DNA from: Endomicrobium sp. | GTDB lineage: Bacteria; Elusimicrobiota; Endomicrobiia; Endomicrobiales; Endomicrobiaceae | Assembly (NCBI GenBank): GCA_031286985.1 | Contig: JAITTL010000027.1 | Coordinates: 8,732 to 72,731, forward strand | Direction of reading: 5' to 3' | Length of the DNA: 64,000 nt | Part shown: positions 10,101 to 19,000 of the stretch, piece by piece | Numbering within the stretch: the first letter of the stretch is position 1 | Layout: every line of letters begins with the position of its first letter | Notes under the pieces: generated by a model | What the model saw: the letters and a program-made list of their open reading frames with translations, nothing else | Databases searched by the model: none | What the model was told of the DNA's origin: nothing | Translations under genes and position numbers: made by a program

Positions 10101-10136
10101 TGTTGTAACCTCTCATATAACCCTTCGTTACTATTG

Positions 10137-10161
10137 TTATTAGATGCACTGCATCTAATAA
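10137..10161. promoter_or_regulatory. Perfect 25-bp palindrome (12+1+12), candidate operator upstream of the DJ-1/PfpI gene
   Basis: TTATTAGATGCA C TGCATCTAATAA is exactly self-complementary. It lies 37-61 bp upstream of the ATG at 10100. The 1-nt centre makes an RNA hairpin unlikely, so a dimeric protein-binding site is the better reading. Confidence 0.3.
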
Positions 10162-10183
10162 CCAAATTGGTTTGTCCCTTATT

Positions 10184-10220
10184 ACACAAACGGCACCTAT
10201 CTTACCGATGCCGTTTGTGT
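10184..10220 (-). terminator. 12-bp perfect stem-loop downstream of the sugar-phosphate antiporter gene (possible terminator, no U-tract)
   Basis: ACACAAACGGCA (10184-10195) pairs with TGCCGTTTGTGT (10209-10220) around a 13-nt loop. It lies 90 nt after the stop at 10311. There is no clear T-run on either strand, so intrinsic-terminator status is uncertain. Confidence 0.35.
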
Positions 10221-10310
10221 AGGAACTCATATATAAAATCCACAGACCATACTCATACTTTCAATTAGCTTCAACACTACGCGATGGCCCTATACTCTCT
10301 TAATCCAGCG

Positions 10311-11612
10311 TTATAGGTCACGATACCCATCAGCCTCTTTTGCGTTCCATATCAAACAAAATAATAGTACACCGACAAACGCTATGTAAACGATAACTCC
10401 AAGAGAATATGCCCAGCCAAACTTATCTGTCATACGGCCTATTCCCCAACCTGTAACGACAACGCTCAAGTAACCCCAAAAACCATGGAATCCACAAGCT
10501 GTAGCTGCTACCCTTCTAGTAGCTGCATTTGCTGTGGCAATTGTTCCAAGAGAATGCGCACCATAAATAAAAAACCCAGAAAATATCAAAAACGTAATAT
10601 ATAACCAAACAGGCGCTGATGTGACTTTCCAAAACAAAAGCAATCCAACTGATGCTAGCAGCATACAAAGTATGCATACTCTATGAGCTTTTCCATTAAA
10701 AAACTTATCAGTTGCACGACCTGTTACCAAAATACCTGCTATCCCTGCTATTTCAAAAGCAGCTGTTATAAGACCAGCATTAAGAAGAGATATACCTTTC
10801 CATTCTTTTAATAACATCGGGCCCCAATCTAAAATTGCAAAACGTAACGCGTAAACAGGAAAATTTGCCAATGCAAGTACCCAAACAACTTTATTTTTAA
10901 AAACTTTTTCCATTAAAAGTTTTTTGTATTCAATTTCGGGTTTTACCTCCACAGCATTTGCCTGTTTTAACTTTTTAGCTCTCTCTGTTTCATCCAGTTC
11001 TGGAAGCCCAACAGATTTTGGGGTATCGCGTAAGGTGATCCACATAAAAGCTATACCAAGTAAAGCTATTAGTGATGGGACATAAAAACACCATCTCCAA
11101 CCCAAAGTCATGGCGAGCTTACCGCAAATGATGGCGGCCGCAGCTGACCCTATAGAATGGGATGTTTGCCACTTTGACATTTTTGAAGCCAACTGGTTTG
11201 GAGGTATCCAATACGTAAGTAAACGTGCAACAGGAGGAAATGAAGCTCCTTGAAACAAACCATTGAAAATCCAGAATATGCCAATTATAGTTATAGATGA
11301 ATTGAATCCAATAAGCACGTTACATATAGAACATAGCAATAAAGAGCAAACTAACATATGCCTAGAACTGAGTTTATCTGCAGCAAAACCGCTTAAAAAT
11401 TTGGAAACTCCATATATTAAACTATGCAAAGTTAAAAAAATACCAAGCTCAGCTCTTGTAACACCAAATTCTGACAGCATTCCTGGCGCAGCCATACTGA
11501 AATTTTTACGAACAATGTAAAATATGGCGTAGCCAATAATTGTCCCAACAAGTGTTCGGGTTTGCCAATACTTAAATTTTTTTGCAGTATCCATGTTCTT
11601 CCCCCTCTCCAT
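10311..11612 (-). CDS. MFS organophosphate:phosphate antiporter (UhpC/UhpT/GlpT family)
   Basis: 433 aa, 12-TM pattern. The N-terminal segment YWQTRTLVGTIIGYAIFYIVRKNFSMAAP...YGVSKFLSGFAADK aligns with GlpT/UhpC (IFFGYAAYYLVRKNF...YGFSKFIMGSVSD). The substrate cannot be deduced. Confidence 0.85.
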   Translation of the reverse strand: MERGKNMDTAKKFKYWQTRTLVGTIIGYAIFYIVRKNFSMAAPGMLSEFGVTRAELGIFLTLHSLIYGVSKFLSGFAADKLSSRHMLVCSLLLCSICNVLIGFNSSITIIGIFWIFNGLFQGASFPPVARLLTYWIPPNQLASKMSKWQTSHSIGSAAAAIICGKLAMTLGWRWCFYVPSLIALLGIAFMWITLRDTPKSVGLPELDETERAKKLKQANAVEVKPEIEYKKLLMEKVFKNKVVWVLALANFPVYALRFAILDWGPMLLKEWKGISLLNAGLITAAFEIAGIAGILVTGRATDKFFNGKAHRVCILCMLLASVGLLLFWKVTSAPVWLYITFLIFSGFFIYGAHSLGTIATANAATRRVAATACGFHGFWGYLSVVVTGWGIGRMTDKFGWAYSLGVIVYIAFVGVLLFCLIWNAKEADGYRDL

Positions 11613-12148
11613 TTTTATTATACTGGGTTCAACTATCAGGCAGACAAATTAATGAGCATGTTAACTACACCACTGCCATCATAGTAACAAATAAGATATG
11701 GAATATAATCATGCAAATGTAAAAATTTTGTGAACTTTTCACATCCATTAAAAAGTTATTTTTATAATTAATTTCACCGAATTTTAAAAAAATATCGAGC
11801 ACGTATTTGTATTTGAACTTCAAGAAATGTGGATTTTTTCTAGAAAATTATAAATTATAAACGAGGGTATGAATTGTTGGTTGCATGGTTGCAAGATGTC
11901 AAAAAGTGGAATGGATCAATAAATCTCTTTCAAAATCAAACCCAATAATTCCATAGGATTGTAAAATTATCCTTTTTATTTTTATTGTACATCCTTCTTT
12001 AGGAAACTTTACATATCATGTTGCGGGCTCCATAGAATCATCAGACAGAAACAGAGAAAAGTGTTCGCGGTTAAAATTTAATTTAGCAGCAGAAACACCC
12101 AATTTTAGACTTTTGGTTTGGAAAGAGATTTATATGTGTGTTTAATAA

Positions 12149-13096
12149 CTATTTTCTTTTTAGGACTTTCAGAACTGCATCTACAATATTTATATCTTTT
12201 AGCCCGTATTTTATCATTAAATTTATAGGTTCTCCAGACTCTCCAAATTTATCACCAACCCCAACCATTTCAACAGGAACTGCAAAATTTTTTACTAACA
12301 CTTCACTAACGGCAGATCCCAATCCTCCGTAAATTTGATGTTCCTCGGCTGTTACTATTGCTCCGCACTCTTTTGCTGCAGCAATCACTATTTTTTCATC
12401 CATAGGTTTAATGGTATGGACATTTATAACTTTTGCTTTAATCCCTTTTTTTTCTAAAATTTCAGCAGCCATCAATGCTTCATAAACCATAGTTCCACAT
12501 GCTATAATTGCAACATCTTTGCCATCGATCAATATATTGGCTTTACCTATTTCAAAAGGAGTATTATCTTTTGTAAATATGGGTGTATTTTCCCTTCCAT
12601 ACCTTATGTATACAGGTCCATCACAACACACACTTGAAATAACTGCTTTTCTAGTTTCAACTAGGTCACAAGGTACTATAACTTTCATTTTAGGCAAACA
12701 TCTCATTATGGCGATTTCCTCTAAGGCTTGATGGGTTGCGCCATCGGGTCCAACCATAAGCCCAGAATGCGATCCACCTATTTTGACATTTAAATTTGAA
12801 TAACATACCGTTGTTCTGATTTGTTCCCAGGCCCTTCCGGACACAAACACCCCGTAGGTTGACACAAACGGAATAAATCCAGCAATCGCAAGACCAGCTG
12901 CCATGCCAACCAAATTTGTTTCAGCTATGCCAACATTAAGAAATCTATCAGGAAACATCTTGCCAAAACTATTTATCGCAACCGAAGAAACGGTGTCAGC
13001 ACCTAGAACAAAAATTTTAGGGTTTTCTTTTCCAAGCTCAACAAGTCCTTCACCAAAGCCAAATCTTGTAGCCTTATTCCCAAAAACTTCGACCAT
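12149..13096 (-). CDS. Transketolase, C-terminal (pyrimidine-binding) subunit
   Basis: 315 aa. Typical split-transketolase B subunit (GIAETNLVGMAAGLA, GGSHSGLMVGPDGATHQALEE). Follows the N-terminal subunit. Confidence 0.9.
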   Translation of the reverse strand: MVEVFGNKATRFGFGEGLVELGKENPKIFVLGADTVSSVAINSFGKMFPDRFLNVGIAETNLVGMAAGLAIAGFIPFVSTYGVFVSGRAWEQIRTTVCYSNLNVKIGGSHSGLMVGPDGATHQALEEIAIMRCLPKMKVIVPCDLVETRKAVISSVCCDGPVYIRYGRENTPIFTKDNTPFEIGKANILIDGKDVAIIACGTMVYEALMAAEILEKKGIKAKVINVHTIKPMDEKIVIAAAKECGAIVTAEEHQIYGGLGSAVSEVLVKNFAVPVEMVGVGDKFGESGEPINLMIKYGLKDINIVDAVLKVLKRK

Positions 13097-13158
13097 ACTT
13101 ATCTCCCATAAACCACAATTTCATAGCCATTGTTACGTTTTTACTATTTTTGATGTTT

Positions 13159-13983
13159 TTATTTTACTGATGCATCAATCTCGTTTAAAGCCTTTTCCAT
13201 CAATTCTTTCGACAGAACTTTACCATGCCACTCGGCAAGATTTTCCATGTAGGAGACACCTTTGCCTTTGACTGTTTTTGCTATTATTGCTGTAGGTTTT
13301 TCTTTTTCTGTTTTAAATTCCAAGTAAGCTTTATCAACTTCATCAAGGTTATGACCATTTATATTTATAACATGCCAGCCAAAAGACGTGTATTTATCAG
13401 ATAAAGGATTTACATTCATTACATCATTTACGGTTCCATCTATCTGTAAGCCATTATTATCAATAATCGCACAAAGATTGTTAAGTTTAAAATGAGCAGC
13501 AGCCATCGCTGCTTCCCATACACTTCCTTCTTGCTGTTCACCATCTCCCATAAGAACATAAACTTTATTGTTTTTATTTGCCTGCTTCATCCCTGCAGCA
13601 ATCCCAGCTCCAATCGATAGACCGTACCCCAAAGAACCAGTAGACACCTCTATTCCAGGGAGTTTTTTATCTTTAGCCGGATGACCTTGAAGTCTACTGC
13701 CTTCTTTTCTTAAGGTGTAGAGCTCATCATTATCAAAACATCCAAGTTGTGCTAAAACTGCATAAAGTACAGGGCAAACATGCCCCTTTGATAAAATAAA
13801 ATAATCTCTATCAGGATCACTTGCATCTTTAGGATTAAATTTCATATGTTGAAAGTACAAGGATACCATAAGTTCAACCGAAGATAAACTTCCACCAGGA
13901 TGTCCTGAGCCTGCAGCTTCAAGCATTTTAATAATATTCTTTCTCACATTTGCAGATATTAATTGTAAATCTGCTATTTTCAT
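13159..13983 (-). CDS. Transketolase, N-terminal (TPP-binding) subunit
   Basis: SGHPGGSLS and GDGEQQEGSVWEA motifs. The ORF track begins at 14007, but an AAGGAG Shine-Dalgarno sits 8 nt before the ATG at 13983 (MKIADL...). Confidence 0.9.
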   Translation of the reverse strand: MKIADLQLISANVRKNIIKMLEAAGSGHPGGSLSSVELMVSLYFQHMKFNPKDASDPDRDYFILSKGHVCPVLYAVLAQLGCFDNDELYTLRKEGSRLQGHPAKDKKLPGIEVSTGSLGYGLSIGAGIAAGMKQANKNNKVYVLMGDGEQQEGSVWEAAMAAAHFKLNNLCAIIDNNGLQIDGTVNDVMNVNPLSDKYTSFGWHVININGHNLDEVDKAYLEFKTEKEKPTAIIAKTVKGKGVSYMENLAEWHGKVLSKELMEKALNEIDASVK

Positions 13984-14207
13984 TATGAAAACTCCTTTAC
14001 GAATCATGTATACAATGTTCCACTCAACAGAAACTCCACGCGTGAAAAAGACAGAAAAACTTACGACGAATACCTAACAAACACATCTGACCAATGTTTG
14101 TGTTTTTGCGATAATTCTTGCTTTACAACCAGCGCACACTTCTAGCATTACTTAATATTTTTTTACCATTCCTAAGTTGAAGAAGAATCAACTACTGATT
14201 TTTATTT

Positions 14208-14666
14208 TTATTGACACTGGCGTTTTTCAATTTGTTTAATTTTTGTTATTCTCTCAATATGCCTTTCTTCAAATGAAGTTTCAAGAAACGTTTTTATTCT
14301 ATGACAAACTTCGCTCACAGTAGCAACTCTTGATCCTAGACACAAAATATTTGCACCATTGTGTTGAGCCGCGAGTTTTGCTGTATCTTCATCCCAACAA
14401 ACAGCCGCAATCACCCCGTGGACCTTATTTGCTGCAATACACATCCCTATACCTGTCCCGCATATCAGAATACCCCTGTGTGCTTTTTTGCATGCAACCA
14501 TTTCTGCAACCTTAACAGCGTAGTCGGGGTAATCACAACTCGTATGCCCACAGAAACCGAGATCTTCAACATCATAACCAATATCTTGTAGATATTTTAT
14601 TACTGAATTTCTGATTTCAGAAGCTGCATGGTCAGTGCCAAAAGCTAATTTTTTAATTCCTTTCAT
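14208..14666 (-). CDS. rpiB: Ribose-5-phosphate isomerase B (RpiB/LacA/LacB family)
   Basis: 152 aa. FGTDHAA...ILICGTGIGMCIAANK...LCLGSRV pattern of RpiB. Confidence 0.85.
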   Translation of the reverse strand: MKGIKKLAFGTDHAASEIRNSVIKYLQDIGYDVEDLGFCGHTSCDYPDYAVKVAEMVACKKAHRGILICGTGIGMCIAANKVHGVIAAVCWDEDTAKLAAQHNGANILCLGSRVATVSEVCHRIKTFLETSFEERHIERITKIKQIEKRQCQ

Positions 14667-14678
14667 ATTTTTTCTCGT

Positions 14679-15434
14679 TCAATTATTGAAATGTTTTATC
14701 AATTTTGCAAAAGATTCAGTGTCTAAACTTGCTCCGCCTACCAAAACGCCGTCAATATCAGGGTTTGCCATAAGATTCGATATGTTGTCAGGGTTTACAG
14801 AACCACCATAGAGGATTCTTATTTTTTCAGAGGCATCTTTATACATTTGGGAGTATATTTTTCTTACAAAAACATGAACTTCCTGTGCTTGATCCGGTGA
14901 TGCAATCTTTCCTGTGCCTATAGCCCACACTGGTTCATAAGCTATAACAACAGAACATGCCTGCTCAGCCGTAAGACCGACAAGGCTCTCATTTATTTGC
15001 TTTTCTATAATTTTAAACGTGGAATTGTTTTCTCGATCCTGGAATGTTTCACCTATGCATACCATTGGTTTAAGACCTGCAGCTATGACAGCTTTCGTTT
15101 TTTTATTTACCATCTCAGAAGTTTCTCCAAAATATTGTCTGCGTTCTGAATGACCAATTAAAACGTAAGAACAACCTGTGTCCTTTATCATTGCTGGAGA
15201 GATCTCACCGGTAAAAGCGCCTTTTTCTCCCCAAAAAACATCTTGCGCCCCTATATTGATATCAGAACCTTTAATCTCATTATTTACTGCATAAAGCGCT
15301 GTGAAAGTAGGAAAAAGCAAAACTTCAACACTAGCCGTGTTAGCAATTGCCCCTTTTAAAATTTTCATAAAACTCACAGCTTCAGAAACAGTTTTATTCA
15401 TTTTCCAATTTCCCGCTATTAAATACTTTCTCAT
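14679..15434 (-). CDS. tpiA: Triosephosphate isomerase
   Basis: 251 aa. AGNWKMN, IGHSERR and AYEPVWAIGTG signature motifs. Confidence 0.95.
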   Translation of the reverse strand: MRKYLIAGNWKMNKTVSEAVSFMKILKGAIANTASVEVLLFPTFTALYAVNNEIKGSDINIGAQDVFWGEKGAFTGEISPAMIKDTGCSYVLIGHSERRQYFGETSEMVNKKTKAVIAAGLKPMVCIGETFQDRENNSTFKIIEKQINESLVGLTAEQACSVVIAYEPVWAIGTGKIASPDQAQEVHVFVRKIYSQMYKDASEKIRILYGGSVNPDNISNLMANPDIDGVLVGGASLDTESFAKLIKHFNN

Positions 15435-15703
15435 TACGTGACTCCTAATTATGCAGAATCTTTTAAACGAGGCACAAGTTATATCAAATTAATCATCAAA
15501 TTCTCAATTATTTGTAGGGCTTGCGTGGATGCAATAATAACTCACATCAGAATAATTTTGATCAATGATATTTAAGCAACAGTTTGTCATGCTTTTTGCA
15601 TCTCCCGCAGAAGCAATAATAAATTTATGTAAAATCTGGATCATACATAGTTTTATACTATCCATTACTTCACTTCTAACAGGGTGTGGAATAGTTTATA
15701 CTA

Positions 15704-16495
15704 CTAAACCGGAATAACGCTGCCATTGTATTTTTTGAGGATGAATTTCTTTACTTTTTCGCTCTTGAGCAGTTTTATAAGCTTTTGAAATCTTGGATCA
15801 TTTCTTGCGTTTGCACGAACCGCAATAATATTCACGTAAGGAGAATCGGTATTTTCTAAAACCAAAGCATCTTTTATAGGATTTAATTTTGCTTCCTCAG
15901 CGTAGTTTCCATTTATAATTGCCACATCTACATCTGTTAATACCCGTACAAGCATAGCTGCTTCTAATTCTCTAAATTGAAGATTTTTATGATTGACTAC
16001 TATGTCAGATGGAATGTATTCCACCCCTGCTTGAGACTTTAATTTGATGAGATTATTCGACTGCAGCAAGAGCAACGCTCTGCCTTCATTGGTAGAATCA
16101 TTTGGAATTGCTACGATAGCACCGTTTTTTAACTCGTCTAAGTTTTTTATTCTTGCAGAATACATACCAATAGGCTCTATGTGAATCGCTGCCAGTGAAA
16201 CGAGATCGAGCTTGCGTTCCCTTACAAAATTTTCCAAATATGGCAGATGTTGAACAAAATTTGCATCGATTTGCCCTTCGCTTAAGGCAATATTTGGAGT
16301 TATGTAATCAGTAAACTCAATTATCTTTAGTTCTACGCCAATTTTTTTAAGATCTTCCTTTACAAATTCCAGTATTTCTGCATGAGGAACTGGAGAGGCT
16401 CCAATTCGAAGTTTTTTTACATCATTTTTTGGGTAAAATGCAAATATCATAGCAATAAACGCTAAAATCAAGATTGTCAATAATGTTTTTTTCAT
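15704..16495 (-). CDS. metQ: Methionine ABC transporter substrate-binding protein (NlpA/MetQ family)
   Basis: 263 aa. N-terminal hydrophobic anchor, NlpA-family pattern (GASPVPHAEILE..., NGNYA). Last gene of metN-metI-metQ. Confidence 0.85.
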   Translation of the reverse strand: MKKTLLTILILAFIAMIFAFYPKNDVKKLRIGASPVPHAEILEFVKEDLKKIGVELKIIEFTDYITPNIALSEGQIDANFVQHLPYLENFVRERKLDLVSLAAIHIEPIGMYSARIKNLDELKNGAIVAIPNDSTNEGRALLLLQSNNLIKLKSQAGVEYIPSDIVVNHKNLQFRELEAAMLVRVLTDVDVAIINGNYAEEAKLNPIKDALVLENTDSPYVNIIAVRANARNDPRFQKLIKLLKSEKVKKFILKKYNGSVIPV

Positions 16496-16497
16496 CT

Positions 16498-17160
16498 TTA
16501 TCGCATCCCTCTTTTAATCATTATCTTGTCCACTATTTTGTCGCCCAAAAATTGAACAAGCTCAACCATAATAACTATAATCGATACAGCCCAGATCATT
16601 ATGTCCATGCGAAAGCGTTGATATCCGTAGCGAATCGCCAGATCTCCAAGACCACCTCCGCCAATTGCTCCCGCCATAGCCGAGTACCCAATAATAGTTA
16701 TTATCATCAACGTAATACCAGAAACAATTGCTGGACAAGACTCTGGAATTATCACTTTAAAAACAATCTGAGCATTCGTCGATCCCATAGCTTTGGCAGC
16801 TTGAATTAGTTCCGAACTTGTTTCTTTTAGTGCCGATTCGATAATTCTTGCTATGAATGGAGTAGCTGCAAACGACAGCGAAACAATTGTTGCAGCAGTT
16901 CCGATACTTGTTCCAACAATCAAGCGAGACAAAGGAAATATAACGATCATTAATATGATAAACGGGAACGAACGCAGTACGTTTACTACTCTTCCTAAAA
17001 CACTGTTTAACGTGGCATTAGGAATCAAATTACCTGCAGATGTTACGCATAAAAGCGTACCTACAGGAAATCCTAAAATCAACGCAAAGATCGTAGAAAC
17101 AATAGTCATACAAATTGTTTCAAGTGTTGGTTCTATCAACATCTGTAATGTATTAAACAT
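16498..17160 (-). CDS. metI: Methionine ABC transporter permease
   Basis: 220 aa, 5-TM permease with the EAA loop region ELIQAAKAMGSTNAQIVFKVIIPES. 8-nt overlap with metN. Confidence 0.85.
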   Translation of the reverse strand: MFNTLQMLIEPTLETICMTIVSTIFALILGFPVGTLLCVTSAGNLIPNATLNSVLGRVVNVLRSFPFIILMIVIFPLSRLIVGTSIGTAATIVSLSFAATPFIARIIESALKETSSELIQAAKAMGSTNAQIVFKVIIPESCPAIVSGITLMIITIIGYSAMAGAIGGGGLGDLAIRYGYQRFRMDIMIWAVSIIVIMVELVQFLGDKIVDKIMIKRGMR

Positions 17161-18157
17161 TCAATTTTTCCACAACGATTCCTTGAGATTTTAGTTTATC
17201 AACTGCGAATTTTAAATCCTGCGCTGGTCCTATTAACTCCAATACAAGCTCTCCAAAAAACTGATCTTTCACTGTGCGCACTGCTCCTGAAAGGATATTT
17301 ACGTTCAATTGGCATTCTTTGATCAACCGTGATACAATTGGCTGCGTTACGATATCGTTACTAAAATATAAACGAAATATTATCGAGTTTTGAAGAAGAT
17401 TTTTAAATGTCTTTTCATATGACGGAATCAACGAAGAAACAAAATCTTTAGCTATTTTTGAATGTGGAAATCCTACCAATTCTTTGACAGTTCCACTTTC
17501 AATCACTTTGCCACCATCGACCACTGATACGTAATCGCAGATATCACTTACAACATTCATCTGATGGGTAATCATGACAACTGTTAAGTTAACCTTGTTG
17601 CGAATATTTTTTATTAATTGCAAAATTGAGCTCGTAGTTTGTGGATCAAGCGCGCTCGTAGCTTCGTCACAAAATAAAAATTTTGGGCAAACGGCTAACG
17701 CTCTGGCCATAGCAGCACGTTGTTTTTGTCCACCAGAAAGCTTATTTACTGAAGAATGCGCCTTATCTGACAAACCGACCAATTCCAGTAAGCCAAGTAC
17801 ACGATCTTTTATGTACACCTTATCTTTTCCAACGATTTCAAGCGGATAAGCAACGTTTCCAAAAACATCTCTTGAGGAAAAAAGGTTGAAATGTTGAAAA
17901 ATCATACCAAACTGTCTACGACATACGAGAAGATCAGCACCCCTTAAATTATCCACCCTGCGATCATCAAAATAAATCTCACCTGCATCTGGATTTTCTA
18001 GAAGACCAATCAACTTAACAAGCGTAGACTTCCCAGCTCCACTTCTTCCAATAATCCCGTACACAGTACCGGACGGTATTGTCAGCGAAACACTGCTTAG
18101 AGCCTGCAGTCCACCGTAATTTTTAGATACGTTTTTTAGTGTAATCATCAACGCCAT
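17153..18157 (-). CDS. metN: Methionine ABC transporter ATP-binding protein with C-terminal NIL domain
   Basis: 334 aa. Walker A GRSGAGKST, signature LSGGQKQRAAMARAL, Walker B LFCDEATSALD. C-terminal regulatory domain (NVNILSGAV...GELVLEL). Confidence 0.9.
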   Translation of the reverse strand: MALMITLKNVSKNYGGLQALSSVSLTIPSGTVYGIIGRSGAGKSTLVKLIGLLENPDAGEIYFDDRRVDNLRGADLLVCRRQFGMIFQHFNLFSSRDVFGNVAYPLEIVGKDKVYIKDRVLGLLELVGLSDKAHSSVNKLSGGQKQRAAMARALAVCPKFLFCDEATSALDPQTTSSILQLIKNIRNKVNLTVVMITHQMNVVSDICDYVSVVDGGKVIESGTVKELVGFPHSKIAKDFVSSLIPSYEKTFKNLLQNSIIFRLYFSNDIVTQPIVSRLIKECQLNVNILSGAVRTVKDQFFGELVLELIGPAQDLKFAVDKLKSQGIVVEKLNV

Positions 18158-18615
18158 CCTATATCAAATTTTTAATTTTGTCAATCGCAGCGTTAAGGAT
18201 AACATATCTGTCCTTAATCCAACTCTTTTACAATTTCTAATTTTTAGAAAATCAACAAGCATCTTAGGAATTTTGTTGAGCACTTAAGATAATTTTATGC
18301 AATGACTTAAAAGGTATACACAAAGCAACGACACAAGAGAGCGGTCACTAGGCACTTGAACAATTTTGTAAAAAGTATGATAATAAGCGCAGATATATTG
18401 GAAAAAGCGGGACAAATAATTGGCAATACTTGTCGGTATTTCGGAGACATTCTTTGAGACTCCACAAGCTTAAGCTTATATGATAAATCCCAGACAATAT
18501 TTCGGGAGCCCCTGCATAAATAGCATCGGCACCATAAAGAAGCAAGATAATGGAATGTTTTCATAATTCGTTAGATTTTGCATAGATGGGACTTGCTTTA
18601 CTTTTTTACTAAATA

Positions 18616-18960
18616 TTAATTTATGGCAGCGGTACCCTCTTCTTTAGTACGAACTCTTATAACACTCCTCAAGTCATAACTGAATATTTTACCGTCACCA
18701 GGATTGCCAGTAAATGCGGCTTCCTGTAAAGCTTTTATAGTTTTTTGTTCCCATTCCTGCGAAGAAACTATAATTTCAAACTTTATCTTAGGAAGCATAG
18801 TAATACTTACCTCCATACCTCTTACGAGTTCTTTATAACCTTTTTGCTTTCCACAACCCATGACCTGGGAAATGGTAACACCCTTTACCTCTATTTTAGC
18901 AAGAGCCTCTTTTATATCTTCTAATTTTTCTTCCCTAACTATAGCCTCAATTTTTATCAT
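18616..18960 (-). CDS. glnK: Nitrogen regulatory protein P-II (GlnB/GlnK family)
   Basis: 114 aa. Collinear with E. coli GlnB (MIKIEAIVREEKLEDIKEAL..., GDGKIF). T-loop position 51 is Val, not Tyr. Directly downstream of amt. Confidence 0.9.
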   Translation of the reverse strand: MIKIEAIVREEKLEDIKEALAKIEVKGVTISQVMGCGKQKGYKELVRGMEVSITMLPKIKFEIIVSSQEWEQKTIKALQEAAFTGNPGDGKIFSYDLRSVIRVRTKEEGTAAIN

Positions 18961-19000
18961 TTTACCTCCATGTATTATAAAATTTATGCTATTGTATGTG

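Noticed and set aside
18307-18564. Overlapping 85-aa and 65-aa minus-strand ORFs in the glnK-metN spacer.
   Set aside because: They have no Shine-Dalgarno sequence, Cys/Leu/Arg-rich compositions unlike the other proteins here, and they overlap each other in different frames. I treat the region as non-coding leader or possible RNA (see findings).
18158-18615. A SAM riboswitch upstream of metN.
   Set aside because: I looked on the minus strand for the SAM-I core elements and for SAM-II/V-like AAAGCU pseudoknot signatures and found no convincing match. It is not called, and needs Infernal to settle.
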